From: an uncultured delta proteobacterium
Lineage (GTDB): Bacteria; Desulfobacterota; Syntrophorhabdia; Syntrophorhabdales; WCHB1-27
Direction: 5' to 3'
Length of the DNA: 64,000 nucleotides
Assembly: GCA_963810935.1 (NCBI GenBank)
Contig: CAWEPK010000007.1
Coordinates: 224,001 to 288,000 of the forward strand
Shown here: positions 29,681-40,385 of the stretch, piece after piece
Layout: each line of letters begins with the position of its first letter
How positions within the stretch are numbered: the stretch's first letter is position 1
Program-made: the position numbers and the translations under genes
Notes under the pieces: model-generated
What the model saw: only the letters and a program-made list of their open reading frames with translations
The model's database searches: none
What the model was told of the DNA's origin: nothing

Positions 29681-30091
29681 CTACGCTATCTCTTTACCGG
29701 CTTTTTTGGCTTCGCCTTGCGGCGAACCCTCCTTAAGCCATCGGACGGCGTCCTCCCGCGAAGTGAATACCCCGATTTCATAAGGGAGTTTTCCGGCCGC
29801 TTCATTCCGGAACATCTCGGCAATCGCCTCCTGCAATCCGTTGTAAACGAGAATGGCCGACCTGTTCCCGACGAAATCTTTTCCACAAAGGCCGGCTACC
29901 TCCCGTACCATGCCTGGATACTCGGCTAAGCTAATGAAAAGGCTGGTATTAAAAAACCAGAGATCGCACCGTTCCTTCCGGGGGTCTCTGCGCGCAAGCT
30001 CCGTTATTGCGTGGAGGATCTCCAGCGCCGAGGTAGGGTCCCACACACGGACCTCGAATATCGAATCAACTTCATCTATTTGGTAGGGCAT
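29681..30091 (-). CDS. Hypothetical protein (SpoIIAA/STAS-like)
   Basis: Ends VFTSREDAVRWL; RBS present. Confidence 0.6.
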   Translation of the reverse strand: MPYQIDEVDSIFEVRVWDPTSALEILHAITELARRDPRKERCDLWFFNTSLFISLAEYPGMVREVAGLCGKDFVGNRSAILVYNGLQEAIAEMFRNEAAGKLPYEIGVFTSREDAVRWLKEGSPQGEAKKAGKEIA

Positions 30092-30224
30092 CTAACCTCT
30101 CAGGATAGATTGAGAAAAATGCGAGCGAGAAAGCGCCGCTCTTATTCGCGCGTTAATCATATACTAAAAAGACGAACCGATAGTGGTAGTTTAATGAGGC
30201 GATAATGTGGTGATATTTACTATA

Positions 30225-31863
30225 TTATTTGAGCGACTGCAAGTATGACTGAAGATTGACCTTCTTATTATTCAGACCCAGTTTCTGTCTGATGCTGTTT
30301 CTATATGAATTGACCGCATCGGCAGCGACTCCTACGATCTGCGCTATCTCCTTTGTGGTCTTTCCTTCTTTTACCAGGTTTGCGACCTGTATTTCTCTGG
30401 GGCTGAGGTTGATCTGCTGTAAGTTGTGAAGGAGCGGGGACATGATTTCATTGAGATTGGCTTCCATTATATCGAGGTAGGAGCTTTGTTGCTTATCGAG
30501 CCGGCTTTTGTTTATCTTTTTTAGATAAGGCAGAACGAGCTTGTTAACATTAGCCACGAATCTCTGCTCGAGAGTGTCTTTGTCTTCCTGGACCTGACGC
30601 AGGAGGACCCTCAGCGCCACGTTGAGCTCCTCGACGGCTTCCGATTTCATCCGCAGCTCCTGAGTCTGCTCCCATACCAATGTCTCAAGGTTCTTGCGGT
30701 GTTCTTTCAACTCTTCTTCCGCGGCCTGCTGCTCGGTTACGTCCCGTATCGCCATGAGAAAAACGGAGCGTCCTTTAAGGGTGAGATAACTCAAAGAAAT
30801 ATCAACAGGGAAAATTGTATTATCTTTTTTCCTGTGATGATGAAGCTGCACCCTTGTCTGGTGTTTTTCCCATGCCCTCCGTGACAGTTTGGGCTCCGCG
30901 GACAAATCGGCTGCTTTCATTTGTTTCAATTCTTGTTGTCTGTATTGATACAGGACGCAGGCAGCTTCGTTGAGGTCGAGTATCTCCTCTGTCTCTTCAT
31001 CAATCAGGAATACCGCATCGCTTTCTACTGCAAAAACGTTCCGGTATTTCTCCTCGCTGTCCCGGAGCTGTTCCTCCATCAACTTGCGCACCGTGATATC
31101 TTTAAGTATTCCGCAAATTCCATCGGGTTGCCCATTATCATCAAAGAGCAATTGGCAGCTCAATGATGCATAAATAGGCGTTCCATCCTTCTTCTTCAGC
31201 GCCACATCATAGTCCCTGACATGCTTTTCTTCTGCAAGAATAGACAGAAGCAATTTCCTGTCGCCTGGTTCGACGTAGACATCGGCGACAGACCGTCCGA
31301 TAAGCTCCGTCGGGCTCCCAGCCTGCGATACGCTTCAACGAAGGGGAGAGGATCCTTATCCTTCCTTTGTTGTCCGTCTGATAGTATACGTCGTCAAGCG
31401 ACTCGAAAATCCGCCGGTACTTGATTTCGCTCGAAGCCAGCTTTTGTTCGATGTGCTTGCGCTCCGTGATGTCTCTCGCCATTACCGCAACCAGCTTCTG
31501 TCCGTTCCGCTCTTGAAATACGGAGCACGACGTCTCGACCGGAAATTCAGTCCCATCCTTGCGGCGGAACAGCAGCTCCCCCTTGAACCGGCCGGTCCGT
31601 CTTCGCTCCTCGGAGGCGGCCTCAAGCTTGCCATCCTGGACGACTATCCCCTGTCTGCCCGCCAGTCTTATCTCGTCCTCAGTCATCCCGAGCATTTGAC
31701 AGACCTCGTGGTTCGCATAGATGATAGCGCCATCAAGCGATACGAGCATGGCGCCGTCGAGACTGTGATCGAAAAGTGAGCGAAACTGTCCCTCAGGCGT
31801 CTCTTTCATTGATTTCTCATGGACTTTCGTAGTAGAGCATTTTGCCTTCCTGGCATCTTTCAT
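30225..31863 (-). CDS. Multi-PAS LuxR-family regulator, apparent frameshift near 31300
   Basis: Three PAS/PAC units (RKDGTEFPVE, DITERK), C-terminal LSPREIQVANLVKEGKTTKEIA HTH. Confidence 0.85.
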
Positions 31864-31950
31864 CCGGGCTCACCTCAGTCCTTTTGGGATACGAACGTAT
31901 CGACAACGAATACAGTACAAAAGATCGCTCTCATCCACCCGCGCACGAGA

Positions 31951-33219
31951 CTAGTCCCTGCGTTCGAGCAGCGGCCTGAACGGGCGGTATAGGGGGTCGC
32001 CGATGAGGACCATCCGCCACGACCAGAACGGGTTCGATACCATATAGCATTCGACGAGGGCGCCCCCGTCGAGGAGGCAGCCGAAGAAGGCCTCCGGCGC
32101 GGGAAACGATTCCAGGTACGGCTCGGCCACGGGGCCGACCGTGGCGGCCACCCCTTTTTCCAGCATCCGCTTGCACCATACTGTGCTGCCCGCATCCTTC
32201 AGGGTAGTGCATTCCGCGCTCGCCACGTGGTAGGCGACCGCCCCCCTTGCCCAGGTGAAGGCGTCGATATATTTCCCAAGGCTGTACCAGCCGCAGTAAA
32301 GCGCGGCGTCCGGCGCCTCATTGGGGCCGAAGAGGGCCTCGCGCTCGTCCAGGACTACCGGCATCCTGCCGGTTTTTTTGACTATGCGGGCCGTATTATG
32401 GATCGCCTTGTCGTAAAGCCTGTAATGGGACGTCTCATTGGCGGACGGATAGGGCCAGCGCGCGTCGAAGTACGCCTTGCCCTTCAGGCCGTGCTCCTCG
32501 GCGAAAAGGCTGTCGTCGATGATGCGGCGGACGGTCGCTTCCGTGGGCCCGTCAAGGCGGCAGACGGCCATCACCGAAAGCGGCATGTCGGGTATATCTT
32601 TTCCCCTGAAAGCGGCGAAGTACCTGTTGCGGAGCCATCCTTCCAGGGTATGTTTGTCTTCCATCACGAGGGCGATCTCCGAATCTACGGACGCGCCCTG
32701 GCTCGACAGGGAAAGGCGCGATATCTCGCCTTCCGTCCGGGCGATCTCATCATTCAGCGCCTTTGCTTCCTGCGGGTTGTTCGCGGCCGTTGCCTTCTGC
32801 CTCAAGGGGCCAAGCTGCGCCCGCAGCTCGCGGATGTGCAGGCTGTCGAGCGGCCCGGGGCGGGGCGGTCCTACGCGCAGGGGCATGCCGTAGAAAAGGA
32901 CGATGCACGCGAAGTTCGTTCCTTCGCGGCCGTGCCTGGACAGAAAGCTGCGGACCGGCCCGGCTATCTGTTTTTCGTAATCCTGGCGGCTGATGTCTTC
33001 CCCCGTGACTGTCTCGACAGACATTATGTTTTGCAGCGGCACGCCGCGCTTTTGCGCGTAGTACCGGGCGAGGCGATTGCTTCCCGGCACGGCCCTGTTT
33101 ATCAAGAGGAGGAGCTGGCCGGGCTTCATGGCGGATTGAGCCGGGGAAGGAAAGAGCAGGGCGGCAGCAGCCATGAAGGAAAGCAACAGCAGGCAATAAT
33201 GTCTGTAACGTATAGTCAC
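31951..33219 (-). CDS. TIGR03790-family protein (PEP-CTERM/EPS-associated)
   Basis: Signal peptide, ARYYAQKRGVP, ASVDSEIAL, RLDGP, YCGWYS, GPVAEPYL, IGDPLYRP. Confidence 0.85.
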   Translation of the reverse strand: MTIRYRHYCLLLLSFMAAAALLFPSPAQSAMKPGQLLLLINRAVPGSNRLARYYAQKRGVPLQNIMSVETVTGEDISRQDYEKQIAGPVRSFLSRHGREGTNFACIVLFYGMPLRVGPPRPGPLDSLHIRELRAQLGPLRQKATAANNPQEAKALNDEIARTEGEISRLSLSSQGASVDSEIALVMEDKHTLEGWLRNRYFAAFRGKDIPDMPLSVMAVCRLDGPTEATVRRIIDDSLFAEEHGLKGKAYFDARWPYPSANETSHYRLYDKAIHNTARIVKKTGRMPVVLDEREALFGPNEAPDAALYCGWYSLGKYIDAFTWARGAVAYHVASAECTTLKDAGSTVWCKRMLEKGVAATVGPVAEPYLESFPAPEAFFGCLLDGGALVECYMVSNPFWSWRMVLIGDPLYRPFRPLLERRD

Positions 33220-33476
33220 GCCATGAAGAATAGCATGGATCGGGGCCGCCGGGGTAGGCTGTATAAACGGGCCGCGCGGGCGGCGCGCTCATTTTCCGGT
33301 TGACAAGACCTCGCCCTTCCTTTACCATTGTATTTGACCATCGTACTCGTAAGACAATGCGATAAGCTAGTGGCCGGGTAGAACGTACTCGCCGGGGGCC
33401 GGCCGCCCCCTTCGAAAGACTGAAGAAAAACAAAGAAAAGAACCAGGTATCCAACCTTAAATGAGGAGGCTGGAGA

Positions 33477-35408
33477 ATGCGTGTAAACATGTGGGTCTCA
33501 GGCCGGGGTCTGCCGGCTTTCTTTGTCTGTTTGTTTCTTCTTGCGGTTTATTCGTGGCCGGCCTGCGGGCAGGACGCGGCATGCCCGAGAGCGAACGACG
33601 GACAATCGCAAGTAACTGCGCAGGCGGCCGAAGGGGCGAAGGGCGCAGCCGTCGTGAAAGAGGCGGCGCCCGCAGAGGCGCCCGTTGAAGAACCTGCGCA
33701 TGATACCGAGGCGGTCAGGACCGCTTCGGACCTGATCAAATGGGAGGAGTACGACAAGGCGCTCGATATCCTCGAAAAAGAGGTGGCCGCAAACCCCTCG
33801 AATGTCTCTGCCCGCTGCCAGTACCTGATCGCCCTGGGTAAGAAGCACAGGGCAGAAGATGTGATCAACCAGTACGCAGTCGTGGATGCCATCTACTCGG
33901 AGGTTACAGAAGGCTCCGACGAGGCGCAGACCCGCCCCGAGGTTGTACCCATCGCTGCGACGGAGGCCGTGGCGGAGGCCCTCGTCTCGCTTAGGAGACC
34001 GCTTGAGGCGCGCCGGTACTACGAGCGAATGCTTGCCCAGAGCCCGTCCACTTCGTTCAAAGCGTACATGGGCATCTACACGACGTCCACCGCGCTGCGG
34101 GACTGGAAAACGGCCGCCGAGACGTGGAAGAAGATCGAAGAGTTGATGCAGAGCGGCGACCTCAACTGGATGGAGCGGCACGAGGCGCTGACTGCGCGGG
34201 GCTGGCTCCTCATCGGCCAGGACAGGCTGGCCGAGGCCCAGAAGCATTTCGAGTCCCTGTTGATGGAAGCTGGGCTCGACTCCGGCTTCAGGTCCGGCCT
34301 CGCCCATGTCTATTATTACAGGGGATGGCCCACGCTGGCCCTTGAGCAGTTCAAGATAGGGGAGAACGTAAACCCGGAGGAGACGACCAACAAGGTCGGC
34401 CTCGCGCAGACGCTCCTCGACCTCGATTACAAGGTCCAGGCTGCGTCTCTCGCCTCGCAGCTATACTCCGTATATCCTTACGACATGAACGTGCGCGATG
34501 TCTACGAGAACATCCGCCTTAACGGAGAGCCCCAGGTGACGGGGGATGCCCGCTTCATCAACGAGGCGCCGGGGACTACCGAGTGGAGGGCCATGCTGGC
34601 CGCAACTATGCCCATCACGCCCTCCTTCAAGCTCTTTACCGACGTCCTCCACATGCACGCGTACCAGACGCTCGCGGACGACCGGTTCTCAACGACATGG
34701 GACAGGTTCGGCGCGGGAGCGAGTTACCTCGTCGTGCCTGGGCTCAGCGTATCGGAGGAGCTTAGCTGGGACTACGTCAAGAGCGCACAGTTCGGCTCTA
34801 CCACCAAGGTCGGCTGGCAGGCGGACGACCACTTCAAGCTCCTTGCCGGCTTCGAGTCGTTCAGCCTCGACCTGCCGCTGCGGGCGATGGTCGCCGGTAT
34901 TACCGGCCAGTCGGGCATCATCGACATGCACTACCACGAGAGCGACCTGCGCGGGTACGGACTTATCCTCCAGTCGAACTGGTTCTCCGACGGCAACGTC
35001 AACCAGTCGGCCATAGGCCGCTTCGAGCAGACGGTGCTCCAGGGCGACGACTGGAGGCTGCGTATAGAGCCGGAGGCCTATTACGGGCGATACGCGAAGA
35101 GCCAGGAGGCCGTCCCTTATTTCAGCCCGACCAACGAGGCGAGCGTCGTTATCAAGCCCGTCCTCCACATCACCCACTACGATCTTTACGACGCGTCGCT
35201 CAAATCGAGCATCTACGCCGATGCGGGTTTCTATAAGGAGCACCTCTTCCCCACGTACTACCTGATCGGCGGGTTCGGCTATATCCAGGAGCTGAAGATA
35301 TCGAAGACCGTGTCGCTCCGATGGACGGCGGGTTATGCGGAACGCGTGTACGACGGGAAGTATACGAATGTTTTTGAGGTCGGGCTGCGGGTGAATAAGT
35401 ACTTTTAG
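33477..35408 (+). CDS. pgaA: PgaA-like PNAG export porin (TPR + beta-barrel)
   Basis: Signal peptide, TPR region with YYYRGWP, PYFSP, YDG and terminal F; upstream of pgaB. Confidence 0.8.
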   Translation: MRVNMWVSGRGLPAFFVCLFLLAVYSWPACGQDAACPRANDGQSQVTAQAAEGAKGAAVVKEAAPAEAPVEEPAHDTEAVRTASDLIKWEEYDKALDILEKEVAANPSNVSARCQYLIALGKKHRAEDVINQYAVVDAIYSEVTEGSDEAQTRPEVVPIAATEAVAEALVSLRRPLEARRYYERMLAQSPSTSFKAYMGIYTTSTALRDWKTAAETWKKIEELMQSGDLNWMERHEALTARGWLLIGQDRLAEAQKHFESLLMEAGLDSGFRSGLAHVYYYRGWPTLALEQFKIGENVNPEETTNKVGLAQTLLDLDYKVQAASLASQLYSVYPYDMNVRDVYENIRLNGEPQVTGDARFINEAPGTTEWRAMLAATMPITPSFKLFTDVLHMHAYQTLADDRFSTTWDRFGAGASYLVVPGLSVSEELSWDYVKSAQFGSTTKVGWQADDHFKLLAGFESFSLDLPLRAMVAGITGQSGIIDMHYHESDLRGYGLILQSNWFSDGNVNQSAIGRFEQTVLQGDDWRLRIEPEAYYGRYAKSQEAVPYFSPTNEASVVIKPVLHITHYDLYDASLKSSIYADAGFYKEHLFPTYYLIGGFGYIQELKISKTVSLRWTAGYAERVYDGKYTNVFEVGLRVNKYF

Positions 35409-35425
35409 TGTGCGTCGGACCTACT

Positions 35426-35612
35426 CCGGGGGTGGTGTGAGCATAGAGACAAAGGCGGATGTGTGGCAAGGTTTGGTCGCGCCTCAAAGACCACCCGCAT
35501 GCACGGTGGCGTCTTTTCAGCACGCGCTCTACCGTGCGGGCACCCGGCAAACCGACTTTGAACTGATAGGACGGATGCGGCGAAATGTGCGCCTTGCGCC
35601 CTCCGACGTACA
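35426..35612 (+). repeat. ~190-bp dispersed repeat copy A (copy B at 42947-43139)
   Basis: gaccacccgcatgcacggtggc.tcttttcagcacgcg...cgggcacccggcaaacc...ccctccgacgtaca shared by both copies. Confidence 0.8.
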
Positions 35613-35752
35613 GACGTACGCCGGTCAGCAAGGCGCACATTTCATCCGCCTATCACGATCCTTATGAGGCGCTCCTTAAGACCACGGCAGCAATTGAGCC
35701 GGGGGCCAATTGCTGCAACTGCAAGTGAGATGTAATTGCAAGGCGGTCTACC

Positions 35753-35951
35753 TCCGTCATTCCGGCGTACGCCGGAATCCATTGATCCGAGAAATCTGGA
35801 CCCCGGCTTTCGCCGGGGTGACGGAGAAAGGAAGAGTGACGGAAGGAGGGAACAAGTTCTTTATGAACGATTGCTGTAACTGCGGATGGGATGTAATTGT
35901 AGGGCTGACATTGGCTTTCCTCCGTCATTCCGGCGCACGCCGGAATCCATT
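35753..35951. repeat. REP-like palindrome cluster
   Basis: ccgtcattccggcg(t/c)acgccggaatcca twice plus an inverted tggaccccggctttcgccggggtgacgg. Confidence 0.8.
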
Positions 35952-35989
35952 TTGCCTTCATGCGTGATTGCGGCAACTGGGGGTGATCG

Positions 35990-37930
35990 ATGAAACGCTG
36001 CGTCCTTATTCTTTCGATCCTGCTTCTTCTCCTGGCGCCTGCGGCCTCCTGCTTTGCCGGTGATCGGTTCCTTGCCGTCTGCTATCACGACATTACCGAG
36101 AGGCCGGTTGCGCGGGAGGATTTTACGCCGGATGATCTGGCGAAGCAGCTCGCCTTTTTCCGCGAGAACGGCTACCGGCCTGTCCGCATCGCAGACATTG
36201 AGGAGGCGGCGGCGGGCAGAAAAGCACTCCCCGAAAAGGCGCTCCTCCTTACTTTCGACGACGGCTACCTCAGCTTCTACAAGATCGTCTACCCCATTCT
36301 CCGCGCGTTCAACTGGCCTGCGGTCCTTTCGGTGGTCACGTCATGGGCGGATGGACGCGACGCCCCCGGCCCGCCTTACAAGGATAAACAGTTCCTGACG
36401 TGGGACCAGATAAGGGAAGTGGCTGCCTCCGGGCTCGTCACCGTCGTTCCACATTCGGACTCCATGCACGAGTTCGTCCGCTCGAACCCGCAGGGCAACA
36501 TCGAGCCGTCGATGACTACGTTCATATTCGATGATAAGGCGGGCGCGTACGAGACGGAGGAGCACTACAGGGCGCGGGTCAGGGCTGACATGGAGAAGAC
36601 CGTTTCCGTTTTTTCAGAGCGGCTCGGCTCGAAGCCTACCGTCTACACGTGGCCGTACAGCGCCTACAACAGCATAGCCCTCGACGAGGCGAAGAGGGCG
36701 GGCTTCCGCGTCTTTTTGACCGTTGACGAGGGCCTTGCAGATACGGGTCGCCTCGACCGCGTCAACCGCATCTACGCGCAGAACATGGTCTGTCCGGCGC
36801 CCTCCTTCAAGGAAGATTTGAAAGGCGGGCTCGTCGATGCAATGCCCATCCGCGCAGTCCAGATCGACCTGGACAAGATAGTCGATCCGGCTTCGGCAAA
36901 AGAGAGCGACGCGCGCTTGGGCGCGTGCCTGGACAGGCTCGCTTCCCTCGGCGTTAACACCGTCATCGTCCAGGCCTTCTGCGACACGGAAGGCACGGGC
37001 AATGTGAAGTCCGTCTATTTCGCGACCTCGGCGCTTCCCGTAGTGATGGATTTTCTGAGCCACGCAGTCAACCGGATAATGGCCAGGGGCATGCAGGCAT
37101 TCGTCTGGATGCCGTCCCTTGCCTTCGAGACGCCCGACACGGCGGCGAACGAGGCACTCCGGGTGCGCGAGCTTCGCGGCGGGAAGGTGCACTTATCCGA
37201 TGCGTCGTATAAGAGGCTTTCTCCCTTCGACGCAAGGAGCCTTGTTGCTTCGAGGCAGATCTTCCGCGACCTCGCTGCATACGTAGATTTCGACGGCCTT
37301 CTCTTCCAGGACGATGCGTACCTGACCGACGAAGAGGACTACCACCCGGCGGCGGCAGCGGCATTCAAAAAAAGGTTCCGCATGGACCTCTCGCCCAAGG
37401 CGCTCAAAAAGAAGGGGGTCATGACGAGGTGGGCGGCTATGAAGACACAGGCGATCGACAGGTACCTGGCCGACCTCACCGGCGTCGTGCGCGCGTACCA
37501 CCCGTGCGCGAAGATTGCAAGGAACATTTACAGCGAGGTCGTCACCAACCCGGAAGCGACCGTCTGGTTCGCCCAGGACCTGCCGTCGTTCCTGCGCAAC
37601 TACGATTATACGGTTATCATGGCCTATTCGCGCATGGAGAAGATCAGGGATAAGGCGAAGGCGAGAAGGTGGTTCAAAGAGATGTTCGACCGGGTGAAGG
37701 CCGCTCACGGGACGGACAAGGTCATATTCAAGGTACAGGCTTACGACTGGGACAAGGACGCATGGATCGACGAGTCCGCGATAAGGGAAGAGATCGAGTA
37801 CGTGCTATCCCTCGGCGCAAAGCATGTGGCGTATTATCCTGACGGCGTGATAGAGGACAAGCCGGGAAAGGACAAGATAGCGCCGGTCATCTCGGGTCAG
37901 GAGTACGTGCGCGACATCAGGCGGCACTAG
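35990..37930 (+). CDS. pgaB: PgaB PNAG N-deacetylase/hydrolase, copy 1
   Basis: CYHD, LLTFDDGY, HSDSMH, WPY, RLSPF, FQDDAYL, YYPD. Confidence 0.9.
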   Translation: MKRCVLILSILLLLLAPAASCFAGDRFLAVCYHDITERPVAREDFTPDDLAKQLAFFRENGYRPVRIADIEEAAAGRKALPEKALLLTFDDGYLSFYKIVYPILRAFNWPAVLSVVTSWADGRDAPGPPYKDKQFLTWDQIREVAASGLVTVVPHSDSMHEFVRSNPQGNIEPSMTTFIFDDKAGAYETEEHYRARVRADMEKTVSVFSERLGSKPTVYTWPYSAYNSIALDEAKRAGFRVFLTVDEGLADTGRLDRVNRIYAQNMVCPAPSFKEDLKGGLVDAMPIRAVQIDLDKIVDPASAKESDARLGACLDRLASLGVNTVIVQAFCDTEGTGNVKSVYFATSALPVVMDFLSHAVNRIMARGMQAFVWMPSLAFETPDTAANEALRVRELRGGKVHLSDASYKRLSPFDARSLVASRQIFRDLAAYVDFDGLLFQDDAYLTDEEDYHPAAAAAFKKRFRMDLSPKALKKKGVMTRWAAMKTQAIDRYLADLTGVVRAYHPCAKIARNIYSEVVTNPEATVWFAQDLPSFLRNYDYTVIMAYSRMEKIRDKAKARRWFKEMFDRVKAAHGTDKVIFKVQAYDWDKDAWIDESAIREEIEYVLSLGAKHVAYYPDGVIEDKPGKDKIAPVISGQEYVRDIRRH

Positions 37931-38082
37931 CAGGCCGAGCCGCCGGCCGGACCCGCGCCTGCCGCCGAGACACCTGACATTCAGTCGGCCCAGAAACATG
38001 ATGGCCTGCTATATTGGAAGCCTACGATTTTCCTTGCCTTTCGGGCGGTCACTACGCAACAAGCGTCACACCGGGGATATGT

Positions 38083-38337
38083 CTATGCCCGGCAATTCAT
38101 GATCAAGGCATCGTCCCGCAATTCCATGGGCGCGTAATTATGATGTGCCGCGACATTGCCCATGCGATCAATCGCAAAAAGGCAGCGCGCATCCTTCCCG
38201 GACTCCTCGAAATGCTCAGCCTTCACGAAGATGTAAACGTACTCTTTCTCGACCCATCCTCCTATCTCAAGGTGCCGTGGCATTCTCTGCACCTTCGCTA
38301 TGATCTTCCGTACCTTCTTCATCTGTGCATAGTTCAT
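38083..38337 (-). CDS. Hypothetical protein (84 aa)
   Basis: AAGGA RBS, open frame MNYAQMKK... Confidence 0.5.
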   Translation of the reverse strand: MNYAQMKKVRKIIAKVQRMPRHLEIGGWVEKEYVYIFVKAEHFEESGKDARCLFAIDRMGNVAAHHNYAPMELRDDALIMNCRA

Positions 38338-38892
38338 CGTACATCCTTCTTTCTTTTCCCTCTCAAGGGATGAGATATAGCCTAAATGCCGGCATGCATC
38401 TCTTGAATGCATGAAAGGTGCCACAATATGTTCACCAAGCTGAACACAATTGACTATTCAGGAGGGCGACAGGACTTGCCGTTTACTATGCTGAACATAT
38501 ATAGGCCGCCCATCGTAGTTCGCAGTATGCTGCGGAATCCGCCGTATTCTATAGTATCCCCGCAAAACCGCGGAAGGGCCTTTTGCGCATCGATAGAGGT
38601 TTTTACCCTCCCTTCGGCCGGGCCCGCGCCTGCTGCGGACCATCCGGATTCACGTTGGCCTCTTTCCTCACTCGCTGTCCGGACGCTATGTCTGAAGTCA
38701 ACGAGCGGCGGGCAGTATTCCAAAAATGACATAGCACCGGGCATATCCGCCCATGTCAAGTAGCTGCGGAACGGCCGGGGCCGCCATTTGCCTGCCGCGT
38801 ATATCTTGATATTACAGTAACTTACGCGATAGCCACAGAATAATCTCACTTTGGCACGATGATCGCTATATGGACGGGCGAGAGGTGAGATT

Positions 38893-39273
38893 ATGTCGCT
38901 AAGCCGCCTGATGCGCCTATCGCCCATTTTTCTCTTCCTGGTCCTCGTCTCCTGCGCCAACTGCCGGGAGACTGCCATCCGTGACGCCCGCGTCCTGGCC
39001 CCCCAGCATCCGACGCGGGTCGCATGCTACCACACGGCCCCGCGCCCATCCCTCGGTTACGTGTTCTGGCCGTCGCACTGTCAGGCGCAGGCCGAGCTGA
39101 ACGGGGAATGGAAATGGGTATCGAACGGGAAGATTACGGGGGAGACGGATTTCTCCTTGAGCCGCACAAAACAGGAGACGGAAATCTATACCCCTGAACA
39201 AATGGAACGGCTGATACAGGATAACCCCCGGGCAGATTGGTGGAAAATCGCGTTGCTGATATTGCTGATATAA
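38893..39273 (+). CDS. Putative lipoprotein
   Basis: LVSC lipobox-like; C-terminal hydrophobic tail; sigma54-like TGGCACGATGATCGCT at 38852-38867. Confidence 0.6.
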   Translation: MSLSRLMRLSPIFLFLVLVSCANCRETAIRDARVLAPQHPTRVACYHTAPRPSLGYVFWPSHCQAQAELNGEWKWVSNGKITGETDFSLSRTKQETEIYTPEQMERLIQDNPRADWWKIALLILLI

Positions 39274-39352
39274 CGAGGAAAAGATGCCGCCGGCACGGCT
39301 GATACGCAGGCCGTGCAAGCGGCATTGTTTTTGCCCGGTTGTGAGCGTGCCG

Positions 39353-40378
39353 TTAATCGGCAGCGCCGTTTGCGCCTGCGGAAGGCGCAGGCCTGGCAGA
39401 CAGGAGAAGCTCCCACTTCGGCAGCGCCATCCTCAGCATAAGCGCCTTTCGGGTCTTCACGCTTTCGGCCCACGCCTTTGCTGCAAGCGCCCCCCTGGCC
39501 CGGCCCTTCACGGTCTTATAGGGCGCGCGGTGCAGAGGGGTGGCTGCTGCCGATGTTTGCACGTTTGCCACGCTCTCTTTCGGCCCTCCGGGGTCCGCGG
39601 CCGGCGTGGCTGCGACCGGGCCGGCGCAGGCCATTTTGAAGAGCGTTGCCCCCTGCGGGTCGGCAGCGGCAGCCGAGCCCGAATACGGCCATGAGAAGCC
39701 GGCATACGCCTGGAGGCCGCTCCGTTCGACGCGGGCCGGCCACATCCGGCCGTCCGTTGTCGAGATGGCCGCAGGCCGCACGGATGCTATTATCGTTTTT
39801 TCTTCGAGGATCCTCGCAGGGGCAGGGTAGGTCTGCCAGGCCTCGTTGGCGTCCGCCGTGCTATGGGCGATCTCACCGGCGATGAGGACCCAGAATACCG
39901 CACACGCCGCGCCGACCAGGAAGAACGATGCCTCGGGATAAAGGCGCGGGACAGCCCCTTCAGATGCTCTCAGGCCGCCCCACGGGATACAGTTGTACGA
40001 AACCCATAGTAGATAGAGGGAAGCGACGGCAAGGACTATCTTGCCGAGGTCCAGAAGAATCGGAACCAGCGTCGAGGGCCGGGAGGCGAAGAGCCCGAAG
40101 CCCGGCAGGTCGGAGAGGCTCGCGTGGAAAGGGCCGAGGCTGAATGCGCCTTTTGCGAGCCTCTCCGACAGGCCGGGCGCTATCACCTGGGCCAGCGGCA
40201 GCAGGCAATAAAGGAAGGCGGCCCACAGGCTTAAAGTGACGGCCCATTCAAAGACCAGCCGCCTATCCGATTTCAGCTCCGCAATGTCAATAATACCGGC
40301 GTGCTGTCCGCTGTTTCCTGCGATGCGGCGCTGCGGTGGCGGGCCGCAGCGCATGTGTCTCACGGGCGTACCTCTCAT
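39353..40378 (-). CDS. PgaD-like membrane protein with long C-terminal extension
   Basis: IID...E..VTLSLWAAFLY and LLWVSYN PgaD-type helices; operonic with pgaC. Confidence 0.6.
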   Translation of the reverse strand: MRGTPVRHMRCGPPPQRRIAGNSGQHAGIIDIAELKSDRRLVFEWAVTLSLWAAFLYCLLPLAQVIAPGLSERLAKGAFSLGPFHASLSDLPGFGLFASRPSTLVPILLDLGKIVLAVASLYLLWVSYNCIPWGGLRASEGAVPRLYPEASFFLVGAACAVFWVLIAGEIAHSTADANEAWQTYPAPARILEEKTIIASVRPAAISTTDGRMWPARVERSGLQAYAGFSWPYSGSAAAADPQGATLFKMACAGPVAATPAADPGGPKESVANVQTSAAATPLHRAPYKTVKGRARGALAAKAWAESVKTRKALMLRMALPKWELLLSARPAPSAGANGAAD

Positions 40379-40385
40379 CGGCCCA

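Noticed and set aside
35662..35976. ORF with repeated WIPAxAGMT
   Set aside because: It is the translation of REP-like palindromes, not a real gene
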